Below are positions 39,010-59,000 of a DNA stretch of 64,000 nt, one piece after another. Source of the stretch: an uncultured Nitrospiraceae bacterium (GTDB taxonomy: Bacteria; Nitrospirota; Nitrospiria; Nitrospirales; Nitrospiraceae); NCBI GenBank assembly GCA_963846575.1, contig CAWJWJ010000002.1, positions 1,184,001 through 1,248,000 on the forward strand, written 5' to 3'. The position numbers and the translations under genes are program-made. Positions within the stretch are counted from its first letter, which is position 1, and each line of letters begins with the position of its first letter. The notes beneath the pieces were generated by a model that was not told the DNA's origin, ran no database searches, and saw only the letters and a program-made list of their open reading frames with translations.

Positions 39010-40047
39010 ATGCACGATGAATCTCGCGCGGCCTTTGCCGCGACCGCGTCCTCTGATGCCGACAGCCAGGTGGAATCGCGTTTCTCGACGAGTTTCCTGG
39101 ATTCAGGGCGCCGGCTGCCGTTGGTCCTGACGGCGACCGCGGGGCGTGAGATCGGTGCGTTTCTGCCGGCGGCTCATCGCGCCGCGGAGCGGTCCCTCCA
39201 TATCCATGGCGGGCTGTTGTTCCGAGGGCTGCCGCTGGCGACCGCCTCCGATTTCGAGTTGTTCGTGAAGGCGTTCACCCCATCGATGATTGCCTATGAG
39301 TTCGGATCGACCCCGCGCTCTCAGGTACAGAACCAGGTCTATACGTCCACGGAGTATCCTCCCCATCAACATATCCCGTTGCACAATGAGCAAGCCTATA
39401 CGACCGAATGGCCGATGAAGATCTGGTTCTACTGCGGACAGCCTGCCGCGGAGGGCGGCTGTACGCCCATTGCGGACAGCCGCGAGGTGTTCGCGAGGAT
39501 TCCGGCCGCCATTCGGGAGCGGTTCATCCGGAAGCGGGTGATGTACGTGCGGAACTACGGCAACGGTCTCGATGTGCCCTGGCAGAAGGTGTTCAACACC
39601 GGGGATCCTGGTGCGGTGGAACGGTTCTGCCGGAAGAATCAGATTCTCTTCGAGTGGAAGGCGGATGGGGAACTCAGGACGAGGCAGATTGCGCAGGCGG
39701 CGGCCGTACATCCTCATACCCGTGAGCAGGTGTGGTTCAACCAGGCGCATTTGTTTCACGTGTCGAATCTGGAGCCAGCCGTTCGAGAGGCGCTGCTGGG
39801 CGCCGTAAGCGAGGAGGATCTTCCTCGCCATGCCTATTATGGAGACGGGACCGCGATCGAGACCGGCCTGTTGGATGAAATTCGGGAGGTCTATCGCGGC
39901 GCATGCGTCCAGTTCGCCTGGCGGCGAGGCGATGTCCTGATGCTGGACAACATGCTGGCGGCGCATGGTCGGACGTCCTTCACGGGCAAGCGGCAGATCC
40001 TGGTGGCGATGGCGGAATCGTCGGAGGCGTCGCAGGCATGCCGATGA
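39010..40047 (+). CDS. TauD/SyrP-like Fe(II)/2-OG dioxygenase (stand-alone Asp beta-hydroxylase type)
   Basis: YTSTEYP, PLHNEQAY, WFNQAHLFH and DNMLAAHGR motifs. Confidence 0.92.
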   Translation: MHDESRAAFAATASSDADSQVESRFSTSFLDSGRRLPLVLTATAGREIGAFLPAAHRAAERSLHIHGGLLFRGLPLATASDFELFVKAFTPSMIAYEFGSTPRSQVQNQVYTSTEYPPHQHIPLHNEQAYTTEWPMKIWFYCGQPAAEGGCTPIADSREVFARIPAAIRERFIRKRVMYVRNYGNGLDVPWQKVFNTGDPGAVERFCRKNQILFEWKADGELRTRQIAQAAAVHPHTREQVWFNQAHLFHVSNLEPAVREALLGAVSEEDLPRHAYYGDGTAIETGLLDEIREVYRGACVQFAWRRGDVLMLDNMLAAHGRTSFTGKRQILVAMAESSEASQACR

Positions 40048-43000
40048 ATGACGAGAGCGCCGTCAACGAGACGCCATGCACCGGCGCGACGGAAGTCGAC
40101 CAGTACGTCTTTCCGATGAGCTGTGCCCAACGCCGTTTGTGGTTTCTCTCGCAGCTGGAGCCTGAGAGCGCCGCCTACAACACGGCGATCGCCGTGCGGA
40201 TGCGGGGATGTCTCGACCGGGAGGCTGTGGCGAGTGCGTTCAATGCCATGGTGCGCCGCCACGAAGTCCTGAGGACGACCTTTGCCACGCATGAGGGCGA
40301 GCCCGTCCAGATTATCGCCGCGGAGGGTGCGGTGGATCTCGACGTGGTGAGCCGGTCCGGCGATCGAGGCGGAATCGAGCAGGCTGTTACCGAAGAAGCG
40401 CGACGTCCGTTCGATCTGTCGCGTGGTCCGTTGATTCGCTTGTGCCTGCTCCCACTGCATGAAGACGATCATGTCCTGGTGGTCACGCTCCATCATATCG
40501 TCTGTGACGGATGGTCGGCGCAGATCCTGGCGCGGGAATTCGTCTCGTTGTATGGAGCCGCGATCACGGGGTCGACGTCGCCCTTGCCGCCGTTGCCGAT
40601 CCAATATGCGGACTATGGAGAATGGCAGCGTCAGTGGCTGCAAGGGGCGGTGCGGGAACGCCAACTGGCCTATTGGAAGCGACAGTTGAGCGGCGAGCTG
40701 CCGGTGCTGGAACTGCCCACGGACCGCCCGCGAGCGGCAGTCCAGGACTCGTCCGGCGGCCGGTCAGTCTTTACCGTCCCTCCCGGGCTTGCGAGGGAAC
40801 TGTCGGCGCTGAGCCGACGGGAAGGCGTGACGTTGTTCATGACGCTGCTGGCGGCCTTCCAGGTATTCCTGCTCCGGTATACGGGTATCCACGATATCTG
40901 CGTCGGCACGCCGGTGGCATGCCGGACAAAGCGTGAGACGGAAGACCTGATCGGGTTTTTTGCCAATACGCTCGTCCTGCGCACCGACCTCTCGGAGAAT
41001 CCGTCATTCCGGGAACTGCTCGCGCGGGTCCGGGAGGTGGTCCTTGGCGCTCAAGCGCATCAGGACCTTCCGTTCGAAGAACTGGTGGAGTTGTTGAAGC
41101 CCGCCCGCGCCTTGAGCCACCACCCGCTCTTTCAAGTCCTGTTCGTCCTACAGACGGCCTTGACTCAGGCCGTTCGGCTTCCACAGCTGTCCGTCGACGT
41201 GCAGGAGGTGGATGTCGCGGCAGCGAAGTTTGATCTCTCGCTCGACATGGCGGAATCGGAACAGGGGTTGGAAGGAGCGTTCGAATACAGCCGCGATCTG
41301 TTTGCGCCGTCCACTATCGAACGCATGACGGACCAGTGGCTGCGGCTGCTTGAAGGAGTCGTCGATGATCCGGAGACACGGCTGAATGAACTGCCGTTGA
41401 TGTCAGAGGCGGACTACGACCGGAGCGTGGGGGAAATGGACGAGTGCGATTCCTCCGTCCCCGGCAGGGCCGGATTCGCAGAACTGTTCGAGGCGCAGGT
41501 CGAACAGAGTCCCGATGCCGTTGCGGTCGTCCGGCAGACTCACTCCATGACCTACCGTGAATTGAACGCCGCCGCCAATCAGGTGGCCCACGCCCTGACC
41601 GAAGCCGGAATAGGGGCAGATTCGATCGTGGCGGTGCTGGAGCCGCGCGGCATTCCCTTACTGACGATGATAGTGGGAATTCTCAAGGCGGGAGGCGTCT
41701 ATCTGCCACTTGATCCAGCCCACCCTCCGGCCCGCTGGAGTCACCTCATCGAGCTGAGTCAGGCGAGAGTCGTCCTGACGGCGGAATCATACCGGGGAGA
41801 GCTGCTCGGTGCATGCACCGGGCTGTCGGAATCGGGCGGCACGCCGGTGCTGACGATGGACCGGATCCTCGCCGTGCGCCCCGCTCATGGCAACCCGCGT
41901 CGGCCGTCATCGCCGGATCAACTGGCCTACGTCATCTATACCTCGGGTTCCACCGGCCTGCCGAAAGGCGCCATGGTGACGCAGAGTGGGCTCATCAATC
42001 ATCTGATGAGCAAGGTTGAGATCTTGGGATTGAACGCCGACACGGTGATCGCACAAACCGCCTCCTGCTGTTTCGACATTTCGGTCTGGCAATTTCTTGC
42101 CGCGCTGGTGAGCGGCGGCCGGACGTTGATCGTTCCCGATGACATTGCGCGCGATCCTGCGGCCCTGTTGTCCTGTCTCGAGCAAGGCGGGGTGACGGTG
42201 GCCGAAACCGTTCCCGTGCTGCTGCAGGGGATGCTGGATGCGCTGTCGAATTCCACCGTGCCCGGGTTGCATAGACTCGGATGGATGCTGCCGACGGGAG
42301 AGGCGCTTCCGCCGCAGCTCTGCCGTGCCTGGTTACAGCGGCTTCCGGATGTCCCCCTGATGAATGCCTATGGGCCGGCCGAATGCGCGGATGACGTGGC
42401 CATGGCTCCCATCATTTCGTCGCCCGCCCCCGAACAATTGTGGATGCCGATCGGCAGGCCTATCCGGAACGTCCGGCTCTATGTCGTCGACCAGTGGCTG
42501 GCGCCGGTGCCCGCGGGTGTTCCCGGAGAGCTCTGCGTCGGGGGCATCGCGGTGGGACGGGGGTATTTGCAGGATCCCGCGCGGACCGCCGTCTCGTTTG
42601 TGCCGGATCCGTTCGGCACCGTGGCCGGGGCTCGCCTCTATCGAACGGGTGATCGGGTCCGCCGGCGCGCCGACGGAAACCTGGAATTTCTCGGACGGTT
42701 CGATCACCAGGTCAAACTGCGGGGCGTGCGCATCGAGTTGGGCGAAATCGAGTCCCGCCTGCGCGACCTCCCGGACATTCGGGATGCCGTCGCGGTCCTG
42801 CGCGAGGATAGCCCGGGCCACAAACGGTTGACTGCCTATGTGGTGACGTCCGCGGCACAGGAGCATCAGACTGACCTCTGGCGGGCCGCCCTGTGCAAAC
42901 ATCTGCCCGATGCGATGGTGCCGGTTTGTTTCGTCATTCTGGAGGCGCTGCCCCGTACGGCCAACGGCAAGGTCGATCGTTCGGCCTTACCTGTCCCCGA

Positions 43001-46000
43001 ACGGGAGAGCAGGCGCGGGTATGTCGCGCCGCGGACGGCCGAAGAACAGACCCTGGCCGGGATCTGGGCCGACCTGTTGGGCATCGACCGGGTCGGAGTC
43101 GAGGATAATTTTTTTGAACTCGGCGGAGATTCCATTCTCAGTCTGCAGGTAGTCCACCGGGCCAGACAGCAACAGATTCATCTGACTCCACGAGATCTTT
43201 TCCAATATCAAACGGTGGCGGAGCTGGCTGCCTGTGGATCCTCACGGCAGGACCGGGAGGAGGCGTCTCGAAAACCTGCCATGGTCGGCGAACTGGTTCA
43301 GGAGGACACCCTCGCCATAGCCCGGCGTACCTGTCCCGATCTGGAGGATCTGTATCCGCTGAGTCCATTGCAGCAGGGGCTTTTGTTTCACAGCCTCTAC
43401 GCGCCGCAATCCGGCGTCTACATCGAACAGATGCATTGCCGATTGCGGGGAGCCCTGGATGGCTCCTCGTTCGCGCTGGCCTGGCGGCGTCTTCTGGACA
43501 GGCATGCGGTGCTTCGTACGAGATTCATGTGGCAGAACGTGACCTCGCCGGTGCAAATCGTACTGCCGTCGGCGGACCTCCCCTGGCTGGAACTGGATTG
43601 GCAGGACTGCCCCCGTCACGAGCAGGAGGTTCGCCTGCGAGAGTTGATCGAACATGACCGGCGGCTCGACTTCGATTGTGAACGTGCTCCGCTGATGCGT
43701 CTGGCACTGATCCACGTCGCAACGGACAAATATGAGGTCGTCTGGACCCACCATCACATCCTCATGGACGGTTGGTGTCTCCCGATCCTGTTGAAGGAGG
43801 TTCTGAACGACTATCACATGATCCGGTCCGGCGGACATCCGGCGCCGGTTCGTCCCTCGCCCTATCGGGATTATATCGCCTGGCTCCAGCGACCGGATCA
43901 CAGCGGTTCGGAAACGTTCTGGCGGGCCACCCTCAAAGGATTTACCACTCCCAGCCGGTTGGCTGATGACACGCCTGCCGATGCCTCCCATGAACCACAG
44001 GACCAGGGGCTGTTCACCCTGACGATCACGCCGTCGGTCGCTGCCGCGATCCGTACCAGTGCCCGGCGATGCCATGTCACGGAAAACACCCTGGTGCAGG
44101 GAGCATGGGCGCTTCTGCTCAGCCGGTACAGGGGTGAGACGGACATCCTCTTCGGCACGACGACCTCCGGACGATCGGCCGATATCCCCGGCATCGAATC
44201 GATGGTCGGTCTCTTCATCAACACGCTGCCGCTTCGCCTGTCCGTGCCGCCGGATGCGGTCGTCGATCAATGGCTGAGAGGGATCCTGAAACGGAATAGC
44301 GAGTTGCGAGAGCATGAACAGAGTGCTCTCGCACAGGTTCAAGGATGGAGCGAGGTAGCTCGCGGACAAGCGCTGTTCGAGAGTCTGATCGTGTTCGACA
44401 ATCACCCGACCGATGGCACGTTGGAAGAAGGTTCCTCCGGACTGGTCGTCGAGCAGACCACGCTGCGTGGACAAACGAACTATCCGTTGACGCTCAACGT
44501 ATGGCCTGGAGCTGAACTGACCGTGGCCTTCTCGTATCAACGGCCACGGTTCCGGGCTGAGGTCATCACCAATATCGCACGTCACTTCGAGACGTTGTTG
44601 ACGGCCCTGGTCGAAACGCCGCAGGCACGCCTGGCGGACCTTCCGTTGCTGGGGGCGGCCGAGCGGGCGCAGGTGGTGAAGGAGTGGAACCGCTCGGCGC
44701 GGGCCTATCCCACGGCGCGCCCGGTGCCGGCCCTGATCGCGGCGCAGGCGGAGGCGACCCCGACGGCCGTCGCCCTGCGGGCCGATGCCGGCGCGCTCAC
44801 CTATGGCGAGTTGCTGGCGCGCTCGAACCAGGTCGCGCAGCTGCTGCGCCGGCAGGGGGTAGGGCCGGAGACCCTGGTCGGGATCGCGATGGAGCGTTCG
44901 CTGGATCTGGTGGTGGGGCTGCTGGGCATCCTGCAGGCGGGGGCCGCCTACGTGCCGCTCGATCCGGGTTATCCGCCCGAGCGGCTGGCCTACATGCTGG
45001 CCGACAGCCAGGTCAAGACCGTGCTGACGCACGAAGCCCTCCTGCCGCAGCTCGGCTTTGCCGGGCCGACCCTCTGCCTCGACCGCGACGCGGCACTCCT
45101 GGGCCGGCAGCCGACGACCGCGCCGTCGGGCCATCTCACTGACCGGCACCTGGCCTATACCATCTATACCTCCGGTTCGACCGGCCGGCCCAAAGGCGCC
45201 GGGAACACCCACGGCGGCCTGCGCAATCGGCTCCAGTGGATGCAGGAGGCCTATCCCCTGACCGCCGCCGACCGGGTGCTGCAAAAGACCCCGATCAGTT
45301 TCGACGTCTCCGTGTGGGAATTTTTCTGGCCGCTCATGGTGGGCGCAGAACTCGTGCTGGCCGCACCCGGCGAACACAAGGACCCCGCCGCCCTGATCAC
45401 CCGCATCGTAAACCAGGGAGTGACCACACTGCATTTCGTGCCGCCGATGCTGCAGGCCTTCGTGGAGACGCCGGGCGTCGAGCGCTGCCGCTCGCTGCGG
45501 CGGATCATCTGTAGCGGCGAAGCCCTGCCGGCGTCCCTGCCGCCGCAGGTGGCCGGGCGGTTACCGGCCGCACGGCTGGAGAATCTCTACGGGCCGACGG
45601 AAGCGGCCATCGACGTGACCGCCTGGAGTTGTCCGCCGACGGAAGCCGTCCTGCCCGTGCCCATCGGACGGCCGATCGCTAACACGCAGATCTACGTACT
45701 CGACCACCAGGGCCATCCGTTGCCCGGTTGGGGTGCCGGGCGAACTCTACATCGGCGGGGCCGGGGTGGCGCGCGGGTACCACCGCCGGCCGGAGCTCAC
45801 GGCCGCGCGGTTCGTGCCGGACCCGTTTGCGGAGACCCCCGGGCAGCGGCTCTACCGGACCGGCGATCGCGTGCGGTACCGGGCGGATGGCGCGATCGAG
45901 TATCTGGGGCGGCTGGATCACCAGGTGAAGATCCGGGGGTTCCGGATCGAGCTGGGGGAGATCGAGCAGACGCTCCGGCAGCAGGCGGGGATTCGCGAAG

Positions 46001-46575
46001 CCGTGGTGGTGGCGCGAAACGAGGGAGCGGGGACGAGCCGGCTCGTCGCCTATGTGACGCTGGAGTCCGGGGCGACCTGTGAGGCGGCCGCCTTGCGGCA
46101 GGCGCTGGGTCGCCGGTTGCCGGACTATATGGTGCCGGCAGTCATCGTGCCGCTCGCGCAGCTGCCGTTGAGCCCGAACGGCAAGGTGGACCGGCGGGCC
46201 TTGCCGGAGCCGGAGGCGGAGCGCCAGGCGCGGACGGTCTATGTCCCGCCGCAGACGGAAGTGGAAGAAACCCTGGCGGCCATCTGGGCGGCGGTGCTCG
46301 GGCTGCCGGAGGTCGGCCGCGACGACAACTTCTTCGAACTCGGCGGGGATTCGATCAACAGCCTGCAGATTCTGGCCAGGGCCCATCGAGCCGGCGTGAC
46401 GCTGACGCCGAAACAGCTCTTCGACCATCCGACGATTGCGGCTGCCGCGGCTGTGGCGGTGGTCGCCGATGGCGATGCGCAGGGGGCGTCGACGGACGCG
46501 GCCGAAGCGTCCCGTCTGGCTGATGTCGAGTTGACGGACGAGGACATGGAGAACTTACTCGAAGAAATCGGATAG
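40044..46575 (+). CDS. NRPS 2: C-A(Dab)-T-C-A(Ser)-T, with a +1 frameshift at ~45723-45725
   Basis: ORFs 39903..46082 and 45733..46575 join if one C is removed. A-domain codes read by eye as DIWELTADDK and DVWHISLIDK. Confidence 0.9.
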
Positions 46576-46584
46576 GGGAGACAC

Positions 46585-53070
<6,486 letters not shown>

Positions 53071-53071
53071 C

Positions 53072-56000
53072 GTGGGTGGATTGTCTCGACGTAGCGCACC
53101 GCCTGACATGATCCATATCGCCAAGCGGCTGGCGGCTCTGCCGCCGGACAAGAAGATCACCTTTGAGGCCGCCTTGCGTGAGAAGGGGATAGACCGCTGG
53201 GATCTCCCGATCGTGTCTCAACCGAAGACGCTACGGCCGGTTCCGCTGTCCTATGCGCAGCAGAGACTGTGGTTTCTGGAACAGCTCGAGCCAGGGAAAT
53301 CCCTCTATAACCTGTTTTTCGCACTCCGGCTCACGGGCCCCCTGGATCTCCGGGTATTGGAGCAGGCGATCAACGCGATCATTCATCGGCACGACATTTT
53401 GCGCACCAACGTTGTGAGCGCGGACGGTGAGGGCGCACAGGTGGTGCAGCCGTTCGAGCCTGTTCCTGTGCCGTTCGAGGACCTGACGTCTGCGGACCCG
53501 GCAACAAGACCATCGCGGCTTCGTGATCTGGCCAAAGAGGAAGCCGAAACGGCGTTTGATCTGGCCCGGGACCGTCTTTTCAGAGTCCGAATCGTGGCAT
53601 GCAGTCCATCGGAACACGTGCTCATGTTGACCGTGCACCATCTTATTTTTGATGCCTGGTCGCAGGCGCTGATCACAGACGAATTGGGATATTTCTACGA
53701 GGTCCTTCGTGCCGGATCAGCAACTGCACTGGACCCGCTTCCGATTCAATATGCCGACTTCGCCTTATGGCAACGCGAGTGGATGGAAAGTGAACATGTT
53801 GAGGTCGAACGTGCCTATTGGATGCAGCAGTTGCAAGATCCGCCGGTCCTCATGCTCCCGTGTGATCACCCACGGCCTGCGAAACCCACGTTTGAAGGCG
53901 GCCATGCGACACTCACCCTATCCCCAACCCTCACACGAAAGATTTATGCGCTCTGTCGCCAGCGCGGGGCCACGCTGTACATGGTCATGCTGGCAACGTT
54001 CAAGGTCCTGCTCGCCCGGTACAGCGGGCAAGACGACATTTGCGTTGGAACGTCCATCGCGAACCGGCCGCGGCCGGAGACAGCCCACCTGATCGGGTTT
54101 CTCGTCAACACGCTTGTCATGCGCACCAGATTGACGGGGGATCCGGCCTTTCTGGATTGTGTGGACCGTGTGAAAGAGGTGGCGTCGCAAGCCTATGTGC
54201 ACCAGAACATGCCCTTCGAAATGCTGGTCGATCTCTTGGGTCTGAAACGGAATCCGGTCTACTCGCCGTTATTTCAAGTGTTCTTTGTGCTGGAACACGT
54301 GCCGGACCGGGGACACATGAACCTGGCCGGCGTGACGGTGGAGCCACTGGATGTCGAGCAGGGCATGGCCCGATTCGATGTGACCTTACGCATTGCCGAA
54401 ACCGAGGCGCACGACACATTGCACTGCGACCTTGAGTACAGCACGGATCTTTTCACGCGGTCGACGATCGTCCGCATGCTGCAGCGGTATGAGATCCTGC
54501 TGGAGGCGTTCACTGAAGATCCTCAGGCCCGCCTCTCGGAAGTGTCCCTCCTCAGCGAGGTCGAGAGGCAACAGCTGTTGCCCGGGGGGATACTGTCCGA
54601 CGACCTCGGATCCTCGCGTCATTGCATCCATCAGTTGGTCGAGGCACAGGCTCTGCGAAACCCCGATGGTGCCGCCGTGATCTCTGACGATCTGGTGCTG
54701 ACGTACGGTGAACTGGACCGGCGTGCGGCTCACTTGGCGGGTTATCTGCAGACGTTGGGAGTAGGTCCCGAGGCGCGGGTCGCTCTCTGCCTCGAACGAT
54801 CGGCTGACATGATCATCGGGCTCCTGGGTGTGTTGAAGGCCGGCGGTGTCTATGTGCCGTGCGATCCGGCATTTCCCGATGCGCGCATCGCGTACATGCT
54901 GGCGGATAGCGGGGCTCGAGTGGTGCTCACTCGCGAGCAATGGACGGATCGTTTTAGCAGGCTGGAAGCTCAGGCTATCGCTCTCGATCGTGAATGGCCG
55001 GCGATCGAAGCGCAGGCATCTGAATCCGTCGCCCGCATGGTTCGTCCGCAGAACCTTGCCTATATCATCTATACCTCCGGTTCGACCGGCCGCCCGAAGG
55101 GCGTCGCGGTCGAACACCGACAATTGGCCTGCTATGTTGCCGCGCTATTGGAACGGGTGCCGTTGAGCGCCGACGCCAGTTTTGCCGCGATTTCAACGGT
55201 TGCCGCTGATCTCGGCCATACCTCGATCTTCGGAGCGCTCTGTTCAGGACGTCCCCTCCACATCATTTCAGAGGAGAGGGGGTTCGATCCGCACGCGGTG
55301 GCCGACTATCTCTCGACCCATCAAGTCGAAGTGCTGAAGATTGTTCCGGGCCACTTGTCCGCGCTCCTGGAGGTCATGAGGCCAGAACGGGTGCTGCCAC
55401 GCCATTGCCTCATCCTCGGCGGCGAAGCCCTGAGGCCGGCTTTGGCCGGGAGGATTCGAGCCCTGGCCCCCGCCTGCACCATCGTCAATCACTACGGGCC
55501 GACCGAGGCGACCGTGGGAGCCCTGACGCACCGGGTGACCGATAATGATGCGATGGGGACGACCATTCCCGTAGGACGGCCGCTGTCGAACGTCGAGGCC
55601 TATATTCTCGACCCATGGCACCAGCCGGCGCCGGTTGGTGTCCCGGGCGAACTCTACCTGGGCGGAAGCGGGCTGGCGAGAGGGTATCTGGGACGTCCGG
55701 ATCTGACTGCCGAGCGCTTTATTCCCAACTCCTTCAGTGAGCAGCCGGGGAGCCGATTGTACCGAACGGGTGATCGGGCACGGTACCGGTTGGACGGAAC
55801 GATCGAATTCCTGGGACGGCTCGACAATCAAGTCAAGGTGCGCGGGTATCGCATCGAGCCGGGAGAAATCGAAGCCCAGCTGCGGCGCGACATCAGTATC
55901 AAGGATGCGGTGGTGGTCGTGCGTGACCGGGCCGATGAGGCGAAGGAACTGATTGCCTATGTGGTAGGGATGGACGGGGTGGACCCCGCAGCCCTGCGGT

Positions 56001-59000
56001 CCCGATTGGCCGGTCAATTGCCGGACTACATGATCCCCCATGCGTTCGTGACTCTCCCGGCGTTCCCACTGACGACGAATGGAAAGGTCGATCGGGCGGC
56101 GCTTCCGGATCATACGGGACAGCACGTCCTGCGAAAGTCGGAGCATGGTGCGCCCCGTAATCCGACTGAGGAGCGCTTGGCCGAGATCTGGCGAGAGGTG
56201 CTCCATGCGGACGAAGTCGGAAGAGACGATAATTTTTTTGACCTTGGCGGCGATTCCATCTTGAGCCTGCAGATCATTGCGCGGGCACGCAAACGAGACA
56301 TCCTGCTGACGCCGAAACAGCTCTTCGAGCACCAGACCATTGCCTTGCTGGCCGCTCTGCCGGGAATACACACACTTGATTCGCAACCGTCCCTGGCCTC
56401 AGCCGATCACGGGCGGCGAGCGCCCCTCTCCTATGCCCAGCAGCGACTGTGGTTTCTCTGGGAGATGGACCCGACGAATGCCGCCTACAATGTGTGGCAT
56501 GCGGTGCGGTTGAAGGGAACCCTCAAGGTGGAGCGACTGCGGCGCACCTTCGATGCGATCGTGTCCCGCCATGCAACCTTACGAACGACCTTCGGCACGG
56601 ACGGCGGGCAGCCGTATCAAGTCATCCATCCCGCGGAGCCCGTCGATATGGTCGTGACGGATCTCACCGATGGTCCCCCGGCCGAGCGAGAACAGCAGGC
56701 CAGGGCGATGGTCGAGGATGAAGGGCGGAAACCGTTCGATCTCAAACGCGGCCCCCTGCTCCGGGTCACCGTCCTGAAACTCGATGAGGGCGATCATCTT
56801 CTCACGGTCGCGATGCACCACATCGTCTCGGACGGTTGGTCGATGAATATCATCATGGAGGAGTTTGCCTCTCTCTACGAAGCCTACGGCTCCGGTCGTG
56901 AGCCGGCCTTGCCTCCCCTGCGTATTCACTATGTGGATTTTGCGGTCTGGCAGCGACGGTGGCTGGAAGCAGGGGAATTGGACCGGCAGCTGCAATATTG
57001 GAAAGGTCGGCTTGGAACGGAACATCCTCCGATGCCGTTGCCCGCCGATCGTCCGAGGCCGGCGGTGCAGCGCTATGAGGGCGCAAGTTCCCAGTTTGAA
57101 ATCGAACCAGACCTCACGAGCCGGCTGAAGGCATTGGCCAAATCACAGGAGGCCACCCTGTCCATGCTGTTGCTCACGGCCTTCAACATTCTCTTGTACC
57201 GTTACACGGGCGAGGTCGACGTACGCATAGGGATGCCGGTGACCAACCGGACTCGGGTCGAGTCGGAGGGATTGATCGGCTGCTTCGTGAATACGCTGGT
57301 GATACGGACCAATCTATCGGGCAATCTGACTGTCGCCGAATTCCTGCAGCGGGTCAAAGCGGAGGTTCTGGAGGCGCAATCCCACCAGGATCTGCCGTTC
57401 GAGCGATTGGTCGAGGCGCTGAACCCGCAGAGAAGTCTCGCCAGTCATCCGCTCGTTCAGGTGGTCTACAACCATCAATGGCGGAAGTACGACGTGCTGC
57501 AGACGTTGACCGATCTGAGCATCGAGAGCCTTCCCTATGAGGGCGACCGCACTCAGTTTGATCTCGTGCTGGATACGGAAGAGACGGCGGGACAGGTGTT
57601 CGCGTCGCTGACATACAGTACGGCCCTCTTCGAGCGCAACACCATAGAGCGTGTGGCAAGACACTGGATCACCTTGCTGGAGGGAATGGCGGAGAACCCG
57701 TGCGAGCGGATTGATCGGGTGTCGATCCTCACGAGAGAAGAGTCCGCTCATGTGATGCAGGAGTGGTCCGCACCATCCTGTGACCTGTCCGGTGCGCCAT
57801 GTCACCAATTGATCGAGGCGCAAGCCGCTTCTCAGCCCGATCGCCCGGCGGTGGTCTTTGAGGAGACGGTGCTCACGTACGGTGAGCTCAATGCCCGGGC
57901 CAATCAACTCGCGCACCTCTTGCTCCGTCACGCTGTCGGTCCGGATGTGCTGGTGGGCATCTGCCTGGAGCGTTCGCAGGATCTGCCGGTGGCCATGCTG
58001 GCGGTCTGGAAGGCGGGCGGGGCATACGTGCCACTCGATCCCTCGTATCCAAGAGAACGACTGGCCTACATGCTCGACGATGCACGCATGCCGGTGGTGC
58101 TGACCCAAGAGAAACTACGCGACGCCGTGGCCAGACCGGGCGTGCACCCGGTCTGCCTGGACGATCCGGAGCAATGGGCGTCGGAATCACGGAGCAACCC
58201 TGCCGCCCGGCGAAGTTCTAACGCCCTGGCCTATGTCATCTACACCTCGGGATCGACCGGCCGGCCCAAGGGGGTCATGATCCGGCACTCGAGCCTGGTG
58301 AATTTCCTGCTGAGCATGCAGGCGACGTTACGTCTGACTGCCGACGAGGTGGTGGCGGCCACGACGTCGGTCTCCTTCGACATCGCCGTGCTGGAACTCT
58401 TCCTGCCTCTATTGGCCGGGGCCAGGACGGTCGTGCTCAGTCGAGAGGTGATCGTCGATGGAGAGCGGCTGTCTCAAGAACTGGTCCGGGCCGGTGCGAC
58501 GCTCATGCAGGCGACCCCGTCGGGTTGGCGCATGTTGCTCAACGCGGGGAGCAGCCCCCGGCTGCGCGTGCTCTGCGGCGGGGAGGCATTCCCGCGGGAG
58601 TTGGCCCGGGAGTTCCTGGCGAATGATCTCGAGACGTGGAATCTCTACGGCCCGACGGAAACGACCGTGTGGTCGATGATGACCCCTGTGACCGGGGCGG
58701 GGGAGGCGGTACCCCTCGGCCGCCCGATCGCCAACACCCAAATCTATCTCCTCGATGCTGCCTTGAACGTGGTTCCGGTCGGGGTGCCCGGGGAGCTCTA
58801 TATCGGCGGGGACGGGTTGGCGCGAGGCTATTGGCAGCGGCCGGACCTGACCGCGGAGAGATTCGTGCCCGACCCCTTCGGGCGCGAACCGGGCGGCCGG
58901 CTCTATCGAACGGGCGATCAGGCACGGTATCGATCGGATGGGACGGTGGACTTTCTCGGGCGTGTGGATCACCAGGTCAAACTCCGTGGCCATCGCATTG

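Noticed and set aside
45733..46575. Separate 280-aa NRPS gene
   Set aside because: Starts mid-A-domain with no leader or RBS. A one-base indel explains it, unlike the split at 27112.
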